From: Paraphysomonas bandaiensis
Taxonomy: Eukaryota; Protista; Chrysophyceae
NCBI GenBank assembly: GCA_965644295.1
Contig: CBFFRP010000287.1
Location: forward strand, 1-64,000
DNA length: 64,000 nucleotides
Direction of reading: 5' to 3'
Both the position numbers and the translations under genes were made by a program. A model generated the notes under the pieces. It was not told the origin of the DNA, did not search any database, and saw nothing but the letters and a program-made list of their open reading frames with translations. Below are positions 14,140 through 27,186 of the stretch, piece by piece; position 1 is the stretch's first letter, and every line of letters starts with the position of its first letter.

Positions 14140-14420
14140 AGGCTTAATTTTCTTGAAGTGTCTACATATAGTTTTATAGCCATATTGGGCTTTTTCCTTC
14201 CTTTGATTTCATAATTCTCCTCCGTTTCTTACAACCCACATATTGTTTGTATGTCGCAATGGAGGCAGCTAGTGCCATATTAACGTCTTCTGGCCATGGG
14301 TACCCAACTTGTTTCATCTGAGTTACTCATGCTGATACCACCAGCTCAGAGCACTCTTATAGCTATGGAGAGCTTTAGCACTCACTGTTGCTTTATCCTT
14401 GCCTGGATTCATGGCATCAG
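14140..14420 (-). pseudogene. Decayed fragment of a probable Crypton-type (tyrosine recombinase) transposon; the relic may extend across ~13000-14800
   Basis: Minus-strand translation across stops and frameshifts: VSAKALHSYKSALSWWY...IATYKQYVGCKKRRRIMKSKEGKSP..YGYKTI. This resembles, from memory, the Y-x-SAL...YKR...EGKxP...GY segment of stramenopile Crypton recombinases. Catalytic residues were not found. Confidence 0.4.
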
Positions 14421-15189
14421 TAGTAATGTATGCACCACCAGCACCGATACCAGCTTCTTCCTCAATTTCTTCTCCGTTTATCAGTGGAGTTGGTATTTTC
14501 AGATCGCTTTCTCCACTATGCTACTATGTTTCGGTAGATCTTCATCAATTGTTACCTTGATATCGCCGCAAAGAGAATTTTTGGTACACTTTTTTGAATA
14601 TGCAACTGCAAGGTATATATATCTTCGGCATCCCGGTGTGCTTCATTGTCGCACCATTGCTATCTATTACCAAATATTGTCGTCTCTATTTCATAACCCG
14701 GTCATTATTTACATTTTGAGAGGTACTGTTTCTTTGTACAGTCGATTACATTCCTTCCAGTTTTACGATAATCTATATGACAAGTAGTTTGGCTATCGTA
14801 TTACGGATCCAGCAGCGCAACTGGGCAGCAGGATATTCAGTGAAGACAAAACGGCAAAAGACATTTTTGCAATGTCTTTCTGGAGCATGAAAAGCAGGAA
14901 TTATAGGGCTTTTACTGTTTTATTCAGTCGAAACCATGCAATTTTTTTTACATATTTTTCTACTTCAAACAAAAAATTAAATGTCAGGATTTTTCTAAAA
15001 AACGGTCGAAATATGTAAAATTGTGTAAATTACGTATGAAAATAATTTTTTCCTATAATAGATCGGGGGGTTTAGGATATATACTGTGTCGATGGTTGGG
15101 TGACTGTATAGTACGTATGGTATAGTGGTATATATGGTTCTACAACTTAGTAAGCAATATCTGGTAAAATAGAGGCAGTTCCAATTACA

Positions 15190-15500
15190 GTCCATCGACA
15201 GTTCATATGACGGTTTATGCAATAGTTTAGATGGTAGTGCACGCAATAGTTAGTCGGCATTTCGTATGACAGTTCATCGGCAGTTCATATGAGAGTGCAT
15301 GCAACAGTTCAGATGACAGTGCACACTGTTACTCCGCATTTCGTATGACAGTGGATGCAAAATCATTCAGATGACATTTTATACCACGATTCATATGAAA
15401 GTGTATGGAACAGTTTAGATGACAGTGTGTCACATGTACTACTTTTTATAAGACAGTTAAAAAGTAAAAGTAATGGTATAGTTCGGCAGTTCAAAGTAAA
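15190..15500. repeat. Degenerate ~12-bp-period minisatellite
   Basis: Variants of GACAGTTCATAT / AACAGTTCAGAT / GGCATTTCGTAT repeated many times. Confidence 0.7.
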
Positions 15501-16997
15501 TTATTACTATATGGAGCGAAGCATACCTCCTATAAAAAACCAAATATATTAACACGTAACTAATAACTATATTACACATGGGGTAATAGAGATATCCCAC
15601 CACACACAACTAACCACGCGAATTACACTTCCACTCCCAGCATTTCCGAAGCTTGTTGCCAAGAAAAAGTCTGGGGTGTTTCGTCATCCTACATTTACAT
15701 ATCACCCACTGTCTTCTTCTGGGCAATATATTATACCATATTTATCACATATAAAAGGTATAGTATGTAATACATAGAATCATACATTACTATATTATAA
15801 TACATACATCATGCCACAACTAATACGCACCTCTTTTCGTAGTTCATAGAGCGGGAACTCTGTGAGTACTCCCCAGTTGTGAGTAGTGATGATATTATCT
15901 GTAAGTTAGTGATGCAAAATACTTACATGCATGCATACATATATATTTTACATACATTATTTAACTGGTTATATACATTCTATAAGGCTTAACATATAGG
16001 ACTAATCACACAAAAGAAGCTATATATGATCATCATACAATTCAATGATACATACATTGCATGTCTTCTGTGGATGACTTCGATTGGGGTGACTTCTTCG
16101 ATAAATTCCTCTCCACAGTATATCCACAGCTGAAATATCATACTTGTAATCTATAAATATGACACCCTCAGTCGTATTCATCGTCCTGTACATACAGACT
16201 GATGTTAATCCTATGAGACATTTAATGGAACATACATATATAATACATACATATAGTGTGTATATTCCCTAACCCATATATATATTATACATAGCCACAC
16301 TGATAGCTCTAGTGGCTTAAGCTCTGTATTCACCTTATTCCGCCATCCTATGTGTCGTACCACATAAAAGAGGGCAATGAGGGCGCTCTTAGCCTTTCTG
16401 TGTGTACCTCGTTATTGATCTTGTATTGTTGTCTCTGAGATCATAGGGAGGAACAACTCGCCTTGTATATGATCCATACACACAACTCCGTCGAAATACG
16501 TCTACGGAAGAGCTGAGATCATTGTTTTACTGATGACATGGGCCTTCTATTGATGCGTGTAATCTATTACAGTAGTACGAATAATGTCATGCATGCATCA
16601 AACAACCAGCTAGAATACATACCGCTGTATTATGTAATACATACCATTATACATGTATAACCTCATACATATACCGGTATATACGGTATACATATATGAG
16701 ATTCACTGTATTTTATACATGTATTGACTATACATTTCCCAAAAACCTGCCTTTCTAAAATATACATACATACAGTACATGCCGTTTATGAGCGACTTGA
16801 TAAAATCACCGCAAAACTTAACTAACTTGCAGAAGTATTTAAGAAAATTTACACACTGCAGTGGTGATATTTATATTACAATGCTACTCTGATACTCCTG
16901 GGATTACGTATACGTGCTGCAGAGTGACTTTCTGTTCGATCTTTTTGCAGAGGTTTCGTGCTGAAAGTAATTTAAAGCACATTGCAGAATTGCAGTC

Positions 16998-19900
16998 ATG
17001 CGAGCTTCAAAGCCACAATTTTCGAAAATATGGTGTCTGATTGTTCTTTGGGTACTAGTTATCATATTCTGCTTGGTTTATATGTTTCAGTTCATCAATG
17101 ATGTTGACTTAGATTCCTCTGCTGATGGATTAATACGTAAATCCATATCTATCGTGCGTGGCAACAGCTCAGGAGGTATATTGAAGTTACGAACAAGGGA
17201 ACCTGTTCGTTTTTCAGATAAAGCTACTGATGACAGCAGAAACGTAAACTCCAAAACAACTCCGAGCAGCAAAAGCAGTATTTTACCTCCGAACTTGAGT
17301 ACCATTGTCCAATTGTCCTCAAAGCCGACTCAGCCATTCCGACAACCCATAAAATTGACTGCGAAACCCACAGAGCCCCGTACTGTCCTCACCCCACACA
17401 ACGAACCAAAAGTTTCCCCTAAAGAGTCCATTACTTTGAAACGAACGGGACAAATGTGGAAAATGAATATCACTGCTCAGCGAGAATATTTACAGAGGAT
17501 TCACGAGAACGACCCCGAACCGGGCCTGAAAAGCGCACAGGATTTTATTTCCTATGCCCAAGAAGCACTTAATAATGGTCAAGATCCTGACATTACAGCC
17601 AGTGCTGATGTTCCTAGTTCACGGCGTGAGTCCTTCTGGGCCACACCGGCGGAGTATATATCTGCTATCGAACAAGCTAAAGTAGGAAATACAGTAAAAT
17701 ATAGGATAGCTGGAGAAGACACCAGCTTGCCGTACGGTTATCCGGAAGAGAGTATTTTTATTCTCACGGCATCTTACAGAGATCCAGAGGCAGCTTCTAC
17801 AATAGCCAGGGCGTATGCTAGGTATGCACAGTGTGTTCGAGCTGATATACTATATACGTCACCGTATGGTGCCTTACCCAGAAATATATCAATGGTCTCT
17901 ATGATATGTGTAACATAGTACCATATACCATAATGTATAGTACTAAGTACGAGTGTCAAATTCACGGCTGCAGTTAAATTCACCCTCTGTGTAGAGCTGC
18001 TCACCCAGAACGTATTTTTTTTGGTATCCATGCACAGAATGAAGGGGGAGATCTAGAACCAGGTACCTACGGTAGTTACGCATATTACACCAAAATCAAA
18101 TATGTAGTATTACCAGTCTTTGTCGCAGCTTGCTGTGTGGTGTGTTCGTATGTATAAATGATAAGGAAAGTGGACGAAGTAGGAATGTATATGATCGTTC
18201 TTCGTATCTATCTCTCTGCGTAGTGTGCCAACTACTAGTCGATTTGTTGTACGCACCGGTTGTAACTATACAGTATATGTCAGAAAGAGATCCTATTGGT
18301 GGAATGAAGCATATAGGGGTACCTTGCCCGAGCCACCCTGTATGTAAACGGTAATCTCCATTCCTTGTATGTTTCGTCATTTCTCAACATACCTTGATTG
18401 CAAGTTTTCACTGAACTGATGTAATGTGTCTGCGTGATGAATACAAAGATCGTATTGGGTGTTACTGCAGTACAAAGGGTTATAACTCCACGTTATATAT
18501 TAATTCGTTCTTAAATCTGGTCGTGTATTACCGTCAATAGTTCTGCTTTTGCATAGTGATATCATATGTTTGAAAACAGGCTCGACCATATACGAGTGTC
18601 CAGAGCCCATTGGTCGAAATCGGAAGGTCCAACGGTTGCCCGTGCCTTGGCTGAAAGGCAAGTTGTTTGTTGTATCTTGAGGTTAACTGTACAACTATCT
18701 TCACTTCGTCTCCTTTATCTGTACTAGTATAATTGGTAGTTGTATGGTTTCATACTATTTTTCCGTTTACAGACTATATCAAAATGAAACCTATGTATTG
18801 GGAATTGACTCGCACTGCCACTTTCTGAGAGGTTGGGATAATGTTGTGATCGACATGTTCAAGCGAATCGGGAACGATTTAGCTATAATTACTTCTTACC
18901 CACCATCATACGAAGCGGTAGGTACATCCTTACCACAACTTATTGCGATTAATATTTGTTCTGTCGTTTGAATTATTATTGGATAGGAGCTTCAATTAGG
19001 CTATGGGGCAGAAAAATATGATGTCAACCCCACTCCACGGTACCAGAAAGGTTTGTCCAATGTTGCAGCAAACCGATATGTGTGGACATAATAAGTGGTG
19101 TTGTGTGTGCCGTGTTGCAGCACTATTGAATATATCGATTTTAAAGCACAAGATTTTAATTACTTGTATTTAGCAATTTGCCGAACTAGGAGAATGAATA
19201 TTCATACAACTGTCACGTTTAAGGTACTCTCCGTGTCAATATAGATATATACTCATCGCGGCTTCCTTCTCATTCAGCATGACATGAACCAAATGCCTCG
19301 TCCTCTACACGGTCCAGTCCGGGTTGCCTTTTTCGCAGCTGGATTTTCTTTTTCTCGAGGTCATCGCATTTTACGAGTGCCCTACGATTATCATACTCCT
19401 TATATATTTGATGGAGAAGAAACTTCGATGGGAGTTCGGGCATGGACGTGGGGTTATGACTTATACCATCCTGACAGAGATGTGATATCTCACCTGTATA
19501 TTCCATCTCATTCCAAACTGCGTCCAGTATTTTGGGATAGTCCGAATTGGAATATTCAATGGCCCACGCAGTTCGGATCTCTGATGAGGCTCCAAAAGCA
19601 GTTGCGTATATATTCCAAACTTCAAGGTTCCGTTAAAAGTGGGCCACATATCGAAGATCAATTAGATTTAGGTAGCTCTCAAATCGATTTAGTGTGCATG
19701 ATGTATCATATCACTGTTGCAATGTTGTAAGATACTTTTGTGTTAAATATTTATTGTCTAGATGAGTTTGAAAAGCACGATGTTGGACCCCGAAGAAATG
19801 TGGATCGGTATTGGCAATGGGCTGGAATTGATTTGCAAAATAATTGGGGGCAATCCTGTACTAAACCAGGTAGAAGATTTTATATGTATCGTATACATAC

Positions 19901-20274
19901 ATAATTAGAATTGTTAGAAATCTATTTGATGTTTGTGAATATAGTTAGTATCATTAAATTAATTTGCGTCTAGGAAACCCATCCGTGACTGGTAGGGAGT
20001 ACTGTTATTCGGCCAACTTATGCTCCAAGTACTCTTCTGGCGGGATGCCTTACGTACCATGGGCTCCTGGTACTGAAGGTATTACCCAGCGTATCGCGTG
20101 ATGCATTATCGTTATCATATATTGAGTAAACGCGACATAATAGGATTCATATAACGTGTTTGCGACGCTTTGTTGTCAAAATTATCATCGTATCACTTTT
20201 ATTACTCACCGTTCATTGTAGATATGTTTCCTCCAATGATTCGCAACTCTAAGTACCCCCCACGATTTAGTTAG
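16998..20274 (+). CDS. GT60-family polypeptide alpha-GlcNAc transferase (Skp1-HyPro GlcNAc-T / Golgi OGNT-like), type II membrane, multi-exon
   Basis: N-terminal TM (IWCLIVLWVLVIIFCLVYMF) and Ser/Thr/Pro-rich stem. Then IFILTASYRDPE, GPTVARALAE, GIDSHCHFLRGWD (DSH motif), FFAAGFSF, PYD...IFDGEE...RAWTWGYDLYHP. The last exon reads DMFPPMIRNSKYPPRFS* with TAG at 20272-20274. Confidence 0.88.
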
Positions 20275-20648
20275 ATGTAAGTCATGTATAGGCGAACATT
20301 TTCATTTGTGGGATATATTTCTGGAACAGCAGTTCATTTGTTGTTATAGAGAATAGAATATGTGAATACCTTACACTGCTATGGAAGTGCTAGTAGTCTT
20401 GGATAATGGCCAGAGTCTTATAAGATCTAACTTTTTGCGGTGTGTCAGTTGTTAGAGACGATAGTACTCATTAATTCGATATTTTCTTACTATAGACGTA
20501 TCGTTATTATTGCTCTACTCACACGGAAGGAAGTATGCCTCCCCAACGAAATCACACAGTTGTAAACAGTTTTTGCTAATTTGTTTATTTAAGAGCCGTA
20601 TAATAATGTTAATACGTCAATAGTACTGTTGAGTACTGCGATATTGAG

Positions 20649-23600
20649 TGTTGAGTTCTGCAATATGATGTGATATATATTGTGCAATTGAAGTGAGTTA
20701 ACAGTGTGCAATAGGTAAAGTCAACTCATAGGTGTAACGGGTGATTATAGTTACAAAGGAATTAAATTCCTTTGTAACACAATGGACATTTCACTGAAGT
20801 TAACTTTGCTCTACACGTAAACCGTAACCTTGCTGTTGAACACAATGCACTTTCAAGTAAGAAATTATAATTATTATTCTGAACACTTCACTACATATTC
20901 GTGTAACATATGTTGAAACATCTGTTCCCAGCAACACCTGTTTATCATATGTTCATCAGTCAGTTCTATATCTTGTATAGTCACACATCAGTAACTGAAT
21001 TTAATTCCTTTGTAACTATAATCACCCGTTACACCTATGAGTTGACTTTACCTATTGCACACTGTTAACTCACTTCAATTGCACAATATATATCACATCA
21101 TATTGCAGAACTCAACACTCCCACTCAATTGGATGTAGTTAACCATTCTAAAATATGTGAAGAACATTGCTATCGGATACGCAACCACCGAACCTCATAG
21201 GACACTGGTGGACGTATGACTCCGCTGGTATAGCTAGCTCCCACCATTCAGTAACACCTAACTAGGTACGACGAGCTCTCTTTACCTTGGGTACCTCTGC
21301 GATAATTTGTTCAGTAGTCTTAAATTTTTCCCCAAGATTTCGCTCCCTCTGTTCAATGAATATTGGACCTCTCAAAGCCTTGGTATATATATCAGCCATC
21401 TGTTGTCGACTGCTCACATGAATTAATTTCGCTGTATTAAACTGTTCGGGATCCACATGCTCTCTAATCATATGATACTTAATCTCAATATGTTTCGATC
21501 GTTGATGTTGCACTGGATTTTCCGATATATCCTGAGCACTTTGACTATCCAGGAATAATGGTGTGGGCTCGTCAATTTTCAATCCTACTTCACCAGTCAC
21601 CCCCCGAGACCATATCATTTCCTGTAATCCATTATATAAGCATTGATACTCTGCTTGCATAGTCGATGTAGCTACAGTAGACTGAAGTTTGGAACCCCAC
21701 GATAGTGGTCCACCAGCTCCAAACATAACATAACCTGAAGTTGATCTCCTCGTCAACGGATCGCCTGCCCAGTCAGCATCAGTGAACATATGAAGATCAA
21801 AATCTCTCCCTCTATAATGAATGCCTTTATCTGTAGTACCTCGTACATACTGCATTAAATACATCAGGAGCTTACATACAGTGATATTAACTTTCGTTGA
21901 GAATCGTGACAATACTCCCACTGCATATGAGATATCCGGCCTTGTATTCATAGATAAATAGAGTAACGCTCCTAGGAGTGGACGATAGGGAAAATTATCA
22001 ACTAACTTCTGCTCCTCAGCTGAATGCACATGTTCCACTCCCACTTTGACATCACTAGGTAGTGGGTATAGCCGCGTCTTGTCCCTTGCACCCAGAAAAT
22101 CCACATACTTCACCAATATCTTTTTGATGAACACTGTCTGGTCAAATTTGAGACAATTCGGAGTTCTCGTCACTCTCACGTTCAAAAAAAACTGGCCACT
22201 CTCATTCATATCTGTAATATCAAACCTTTCACATACTCGTCGCTTAATTTCCAAAATAATATTCGTATCTCGACATGCTCTCAGCATATTATCATCATGA
22301 CTGTGGTGAGCTTCGAAGACCATATAAACTTTTCTTCAGTTTAAAGCAATATCCTGGTGGCAATTTGAAATCTGCTGGTGTTGCATACTTATACACACAT
22401 CTCCTTTTATATCTGCATATACAAGAATGCATTAGATACGTCGAGTTGATGCACCACCATATTCATAACAAACGCGATAGCTAATAGCAATCTTACTGTT
22501 ACCGCTTTTACCACTGGAGTATAATTGTTGGCTCTACCAACCTCATGGCCTCCGCATCCAAGTACCACAAGTCTTGCTTTCTATCGTGGAATCGCACCCT
22601 CCTTGTTGCGTTTCAAAGCAAAGACATACTCAGGATTCCAATTGCAGTGACACTGGGGTAGGGATGATGGGCTTAACTTCCATTACTTCCCTTCGTTCCA
22701 GTCTGTCACGCTCAGCCTGTCTTGCTGTCAATGGAGTGACACTGGGGTAGGTATGGGCTTAACTTCCATTACTTCCCTTCGTTCCAGTTCGTCACATTCA
22801 GCCTGGCTGAACTCCATTGCTTCCGTTCCGGCAACTCCAAGGATTCGGAATATGTCTGAGGCACCTTAGGTCCCGCTGACGAGCACCAGATGGAATCTGC
22901 CTCCTCTAGTAGGCTGCACTCCACTTCGTCACACGAAGGTAATACGTGCTTCTCCCCTACTACTGACACATTCGTCACCACCCTTGGAGCCCTTGTGCGC
23001 CTGCCCCTAGTTGAGCGATCTGATGGAGCTTCCTCTCCCGGAGCACTTACGAAGTCAGAAGGGGATGGAACCGTCCCAGTCAACTGCTGTAATAAATGTC
23101 CGCTGGTCCCGTCGTCACGAGATCCAGAACTAGCAGATACTCTTGTCACAAGGTCTTCACTCATCCGCGATGATGTGAATAGGAGTCTTAACTTCCAGTT
23201 GCTCCTCACCACCTGACATCAGGGATCTATATCCCACAGTTAGACCTCTTTCCGAATCTATATTCGCGTGGTCTTGTTGTACAGTTGGCCGCCATCTTCA
23301 CATGGGTTTTGTCGATAACACTCCTCCCTGAGGAACCACTGCCACCGTGGCTTAGTCCATTTCTCGGTAGTAATCAGCCGATCTCTAGGGCACTGATACA
23401 TCAAACAGGGCATGAACAGACGTGACTATTGTATCTCCTACTATCAACACTTGATACCCCATCTGCTCGTTGGGAAACCCACAAAATATCCTGTTTGTGC
23501 CTTTTCCTCCCAGTCTTTCCGTCTATCGGCCTTCGGGACTAATACATACGCCTTGCACCCCCATTTCCTCTCAACCAGGATAACTCGGGCACCTTTCCTC

Positions 23601-24950
23601 CCAGGAACACACTCATAAGGCAACATCCACTAACTTTACTGTCCTCCTTGGCATTTTCCTCCATTACATGATGGCATGATGACGTAATAATAGGCTAATT
23701 CAAAACGTCATAATATTATATAGTGCCTCCCATGGCATTCCTCCATGCTCATCATAGTCTCCAGCCAGCACCTCTCTACCAGTGTTTAACTCTACAATTC
23801 TCGGTACTCTAAGTAGTTCCAATCCACACACCAGTGCCCGCAGCATTCCGCCTGAGACAATATTCTTCACCGCATCTTCACATACTTTGATGCCTTCTCT
23901 TTTGCCAGTGTTGAAAGCTTCCTACTCCTTGAGTCTCCATTGCTGACCCCTTCTTCGTCAGAGATATGACTCCTGGCTCTGCTTCATAATATTTCTCTAG
24001 CACTCTATGAACTTTAACAACAATGAATAGCTGCTTTCCGGCACAACTGCCTAGATACACTCGTTGGTCTACTGTTTAAGTCATAAGCACTTCACCATCA
24101 GATTCTATCTTATTGGACTCCCCTCCAGATGAGACATCATCATCTACATATTAGCACCATTCCGCCGATGAACTCTGTCTCTGTCTCTGTTCATGTGTAT
24201 GTTCAGCACTCCTGCTCGTTATCTATGAACAGCTGCACTGCTCTGCTGCTCTGCTCAGTGTAGAAGGCAGTTTTAGTAGAAAATACATTTCAGCCTATCA
24301 ATCTCTATTTCGTCTATATCATTGGCCAATATTTACAAGCTGGTATTTCGCTGTAGTCTTCTCGAGTACTACTCCCAACTCACTCCTAGACCTATCCACC
24401 AGCGTTTGAAGCATATGATTGGACAAAACCTCCTTATTGGGATCATCGTCTGGTAGTCGCCTCCATGTATCGGTTGGCACCCTCCAACACATCTGCGTCA
24501 TGTTCACATGCCTCCCAAATCGTTACAACACACGTGTCGCTTCACTTGTCAAACTTCAGCACCTTGCTGTCCTCCATCGCCTCATCAGAACTACCATCCG
24601 CTACCATGTTAACAATGGACATTTCACTGAAGTTAACTTTGCTCTACACGTAAACCGTAACCTTGCTGTTGAACACAATGCACTTTCAAGTAAGAAATTA
24701 TAATTATTATTCTGAACACTTCACTACATATTCGTGTAACATATGTTGAAACATCTGTTCCCAGCAACACCTGTTTATCATATGTTCATCAGTCAGTTCT
24801 ATATCTTGTATAGTCACACATCAGTAACTGAATTTAATTCCTTTGTAACTATAATCACCCGTTACACCTATGAGTTGACTTTACCTATTGCACACTGTTA
24901 ACTCACTTCAATTGCACAATATATATCACATCATATTGCAGAACTCAACA
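20649..24950 (-). mobile_element. Ty1/Copia LTR retrotransposon, internally decayed, identical LTRs, with an extra inverted LTR segment at its 3' terminus; TSD TTGAG
   Basis: 5' LTR 24950-24607 (TGTTGAG...AACA), PBS TGGTAGCGGA (24606-24597), PPT TTGAGTGGGAG (21128-21118), 3' LTR 21117-20779, inverted LTR piece 20649-20769. TTGAG at 20644-20648 and 24951-24955. RT/RNase H ORF 22323-21262 (TRPDISYAV, FTDADWAG, RSKHIEIKYH, ADIYTK) and an integrase C-terminal remnant at 23444-23626. Confidence 0.95.
21262..22640 (-). pseudogene. Copia reverse transcriptase/RNase H, disrupted
   Basis: R*KARLVVLG has an in-frame stop. HQLDVSNAFLY is followed by two +2 frameshifts, and there is a deletion between SPQSW and the DD motif. 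RNase H is intact. Confidence 0.9.
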
Positions 24951-24959
24951 TTGAGCTAT

Positions 24960-25106
24960 TGACACTTGTAGTAGTGTCCCTTGTACCACTCCAGTATATG
25001 GCTATGAGTGGGCAGAACGTTATCTGCTCTCTATTTCCCAAAGATATCTCTCCAGTACTTATCCCTCAGAACACCACGAAAAAGGTGGGAGTTCGACTTT
25101 GTTGAG
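24960..25106 (+). repeat. Dispersed ~430-bp repeat family, partial 3' segment abutting the Copia TSD
   Basis: GAGTGGGCAGAACGTTATCTGC...TACTTATCCCTCAGAACACCACGAAAAAGGTGGGAGT matches 12720-12835 and 34170-34285. Confidence 0.85.
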
Positions 25107-25727
25107 GAAATGAATTTGTCGAGGGTAGCTAATACTATTATTTTATTATTGACCCTATGAATCAAGATATACGGAGTATTATGACAATGGTATGATAGGC
25201 TTACTATTGGTATAGTATAACTGATATAAATTAGTATAACTGAAACAGAGACAAAGAGATTACAGATTTATAATGAAGACTAGCACTGGAGATTAATGAT
25301 GATTATATTTACATGACATTATAATGCACAATGCGCAAGGCTGGAGAATTCCGGGTTTTATATTCATTCTATCAGATGTGTATTCTAACTAGTATTGCCG
25401 AATTATCCAGTAAAACAGTTGTAATTTACGTATTCTGCATTGTCCTGAAGGGGTTGTGTATACATACTCTGTCAAAGTCTTTATGCATGTACTTCGCATA
25501 AACTACAATGAAATACTGACAGTATCTTCCCATATGCATTTATGATGAGTTATCATCATCAACTGTGATGTATGTATTGGTATAGAATGTAAATGAAGGT
25601 CATTCCGTTGGCCATGGAATCGTAGGTAGTATATAACTAATTGATACAACTACGGACGTCTGAGCATTGATGACTTTATTTTCCCCTTCCATGTGTTGAT
25701 GTTATATATAAAAATGTGTTTCTCTCT

Positions 25728-25953
25728 GCCTCCTTTCCCATTGCTACTTCTAGAAGAGTTTACTCTTAATATTTGAAATAGACATTACTAAGGACGTTAA
25801 AAGCCTCCTTTCCCATTGCTACTTCTAGAAGAGTTTACTCATAATATTTGAAATAGACATTACTAAGGACGTTAAAAGCCTCCTTTCCCATTGCTACTTC
25901 TAGAAGAGTTTACTCATAATATTTGAAATAGACATTACTAAGGACGTTAAAAG
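25728..25953. repeat. Three tandem copies of a 75-bp unit
   Basis: GCCTCCTTTCCCATTGCTACTTCTAGAAGAG...GGACGTTAAAA starts at 25728, 25803 and 25878, with one substitution. Confidence 0.95.
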
Positions 25954-26381
25954 TAACAACTCAACTGTTAAATATATATACTCAAAAATATGATGGTGTA
26001 AACAACTTAATTAACCGAACGTTTGACTTACTCAATTAGTAAAATTGTAATCAAGATATTATCACATCATTAATCGATATTTATTTATTATATTCTCTCA
26101 ACTATCAATCAAAATTATCAGGTCTTAGATATATACACAGTCTTATACAGACAAAGTACTTCAGTTTCATTGACATAATTCATAACATATTATTGATTCA
26201 TGAACTACAGCACTGCAGTTTTCAAAGTTATATTCTTTAACTAACAGTCAATATTCAAGTACCTTAACATACAGCTTTAATTTGCTTACGAATAAGCAAA
26301 ACTCAACATAACAACTCTCATCGTTCATTCTCATTCACGTATAATTCATAATATATCAAACTATTAGTTATTAGTTCATGT

Positions 26382-27186
26382 CAGGGATAGGGAACAATAT
26401 ATTGTATTGCAATACATTGTACAATATATTGCAATATATTGTAAAATATATTGATTGGTGGACTGGTCAAATATTCCATCAATAGTGCTTCTGTTAAAAG
26501 GCCTCACAATACTATTGCAATATATTGCAATCAATATTATGATAGTCATATAAGAAAAGATTCTCAACTGTAAGGTGCAAAATGGATATAAATAACAGAG
26601 AAATTGATTACAACATTACAAAAGATGATGAAGCTGATGTTCAATGTTGACTACGCGAATAAAAATCTTCAGTCAGCTCAAAAAATTAAGAAACGTACAG
26701 ATCCACGAGTCATTAACGGTTGCCTGGCCCTGGTATGTACTTCCAATACATGGGAACGTCTGTTCAGCACAGCTAAACATATTATATCAGTGTTGTGCAA
26801 AAGTATCCATCCTACTTAATATGCTGTTGTTTCTGAAAGCTATTCGACAGTTATGGCCTGATACTAGCATATTTCAATTAATTCTGTGGATGAATATGGT
26901 GATGTTGACGTCACCGATGATGGCTCAGAGGATGAGGACGAGGTGGATTTTTAGTAGCTATAAGCAGCAGTTGGTTTGGTTGTCATGTGATCTTTATGAC
27001 TAATACTAAAAATGAAATCTACGGATGTGTTTACTACTGATTAGTTATACTAATATATTGCAATACATTGACAATATATTGCAATATATTGTAATTGTAT
27101 TGTGGGACCGGTTTAAAAAATCCAACAATACTATTGATGGAACGCTATCTAACAATAGTATTGCAATATATTGTTCCCAATCCCTG
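26382..27186 (+). mobile_element. Non-autonomous hAT DNA transposon (805 bp) with 8-bp TSD
   Basis: TIRs CAGGGAT(A/T)GGGAACAATATATTG, TSD GTTCATGT at 26374-26381 and 27187-27194, subterminal TATTGCAATA repeats, and internal remnant TSNTWERLFSTAKHII of the hAT C-terminal dimerisation motif. Confidence 0.95.
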
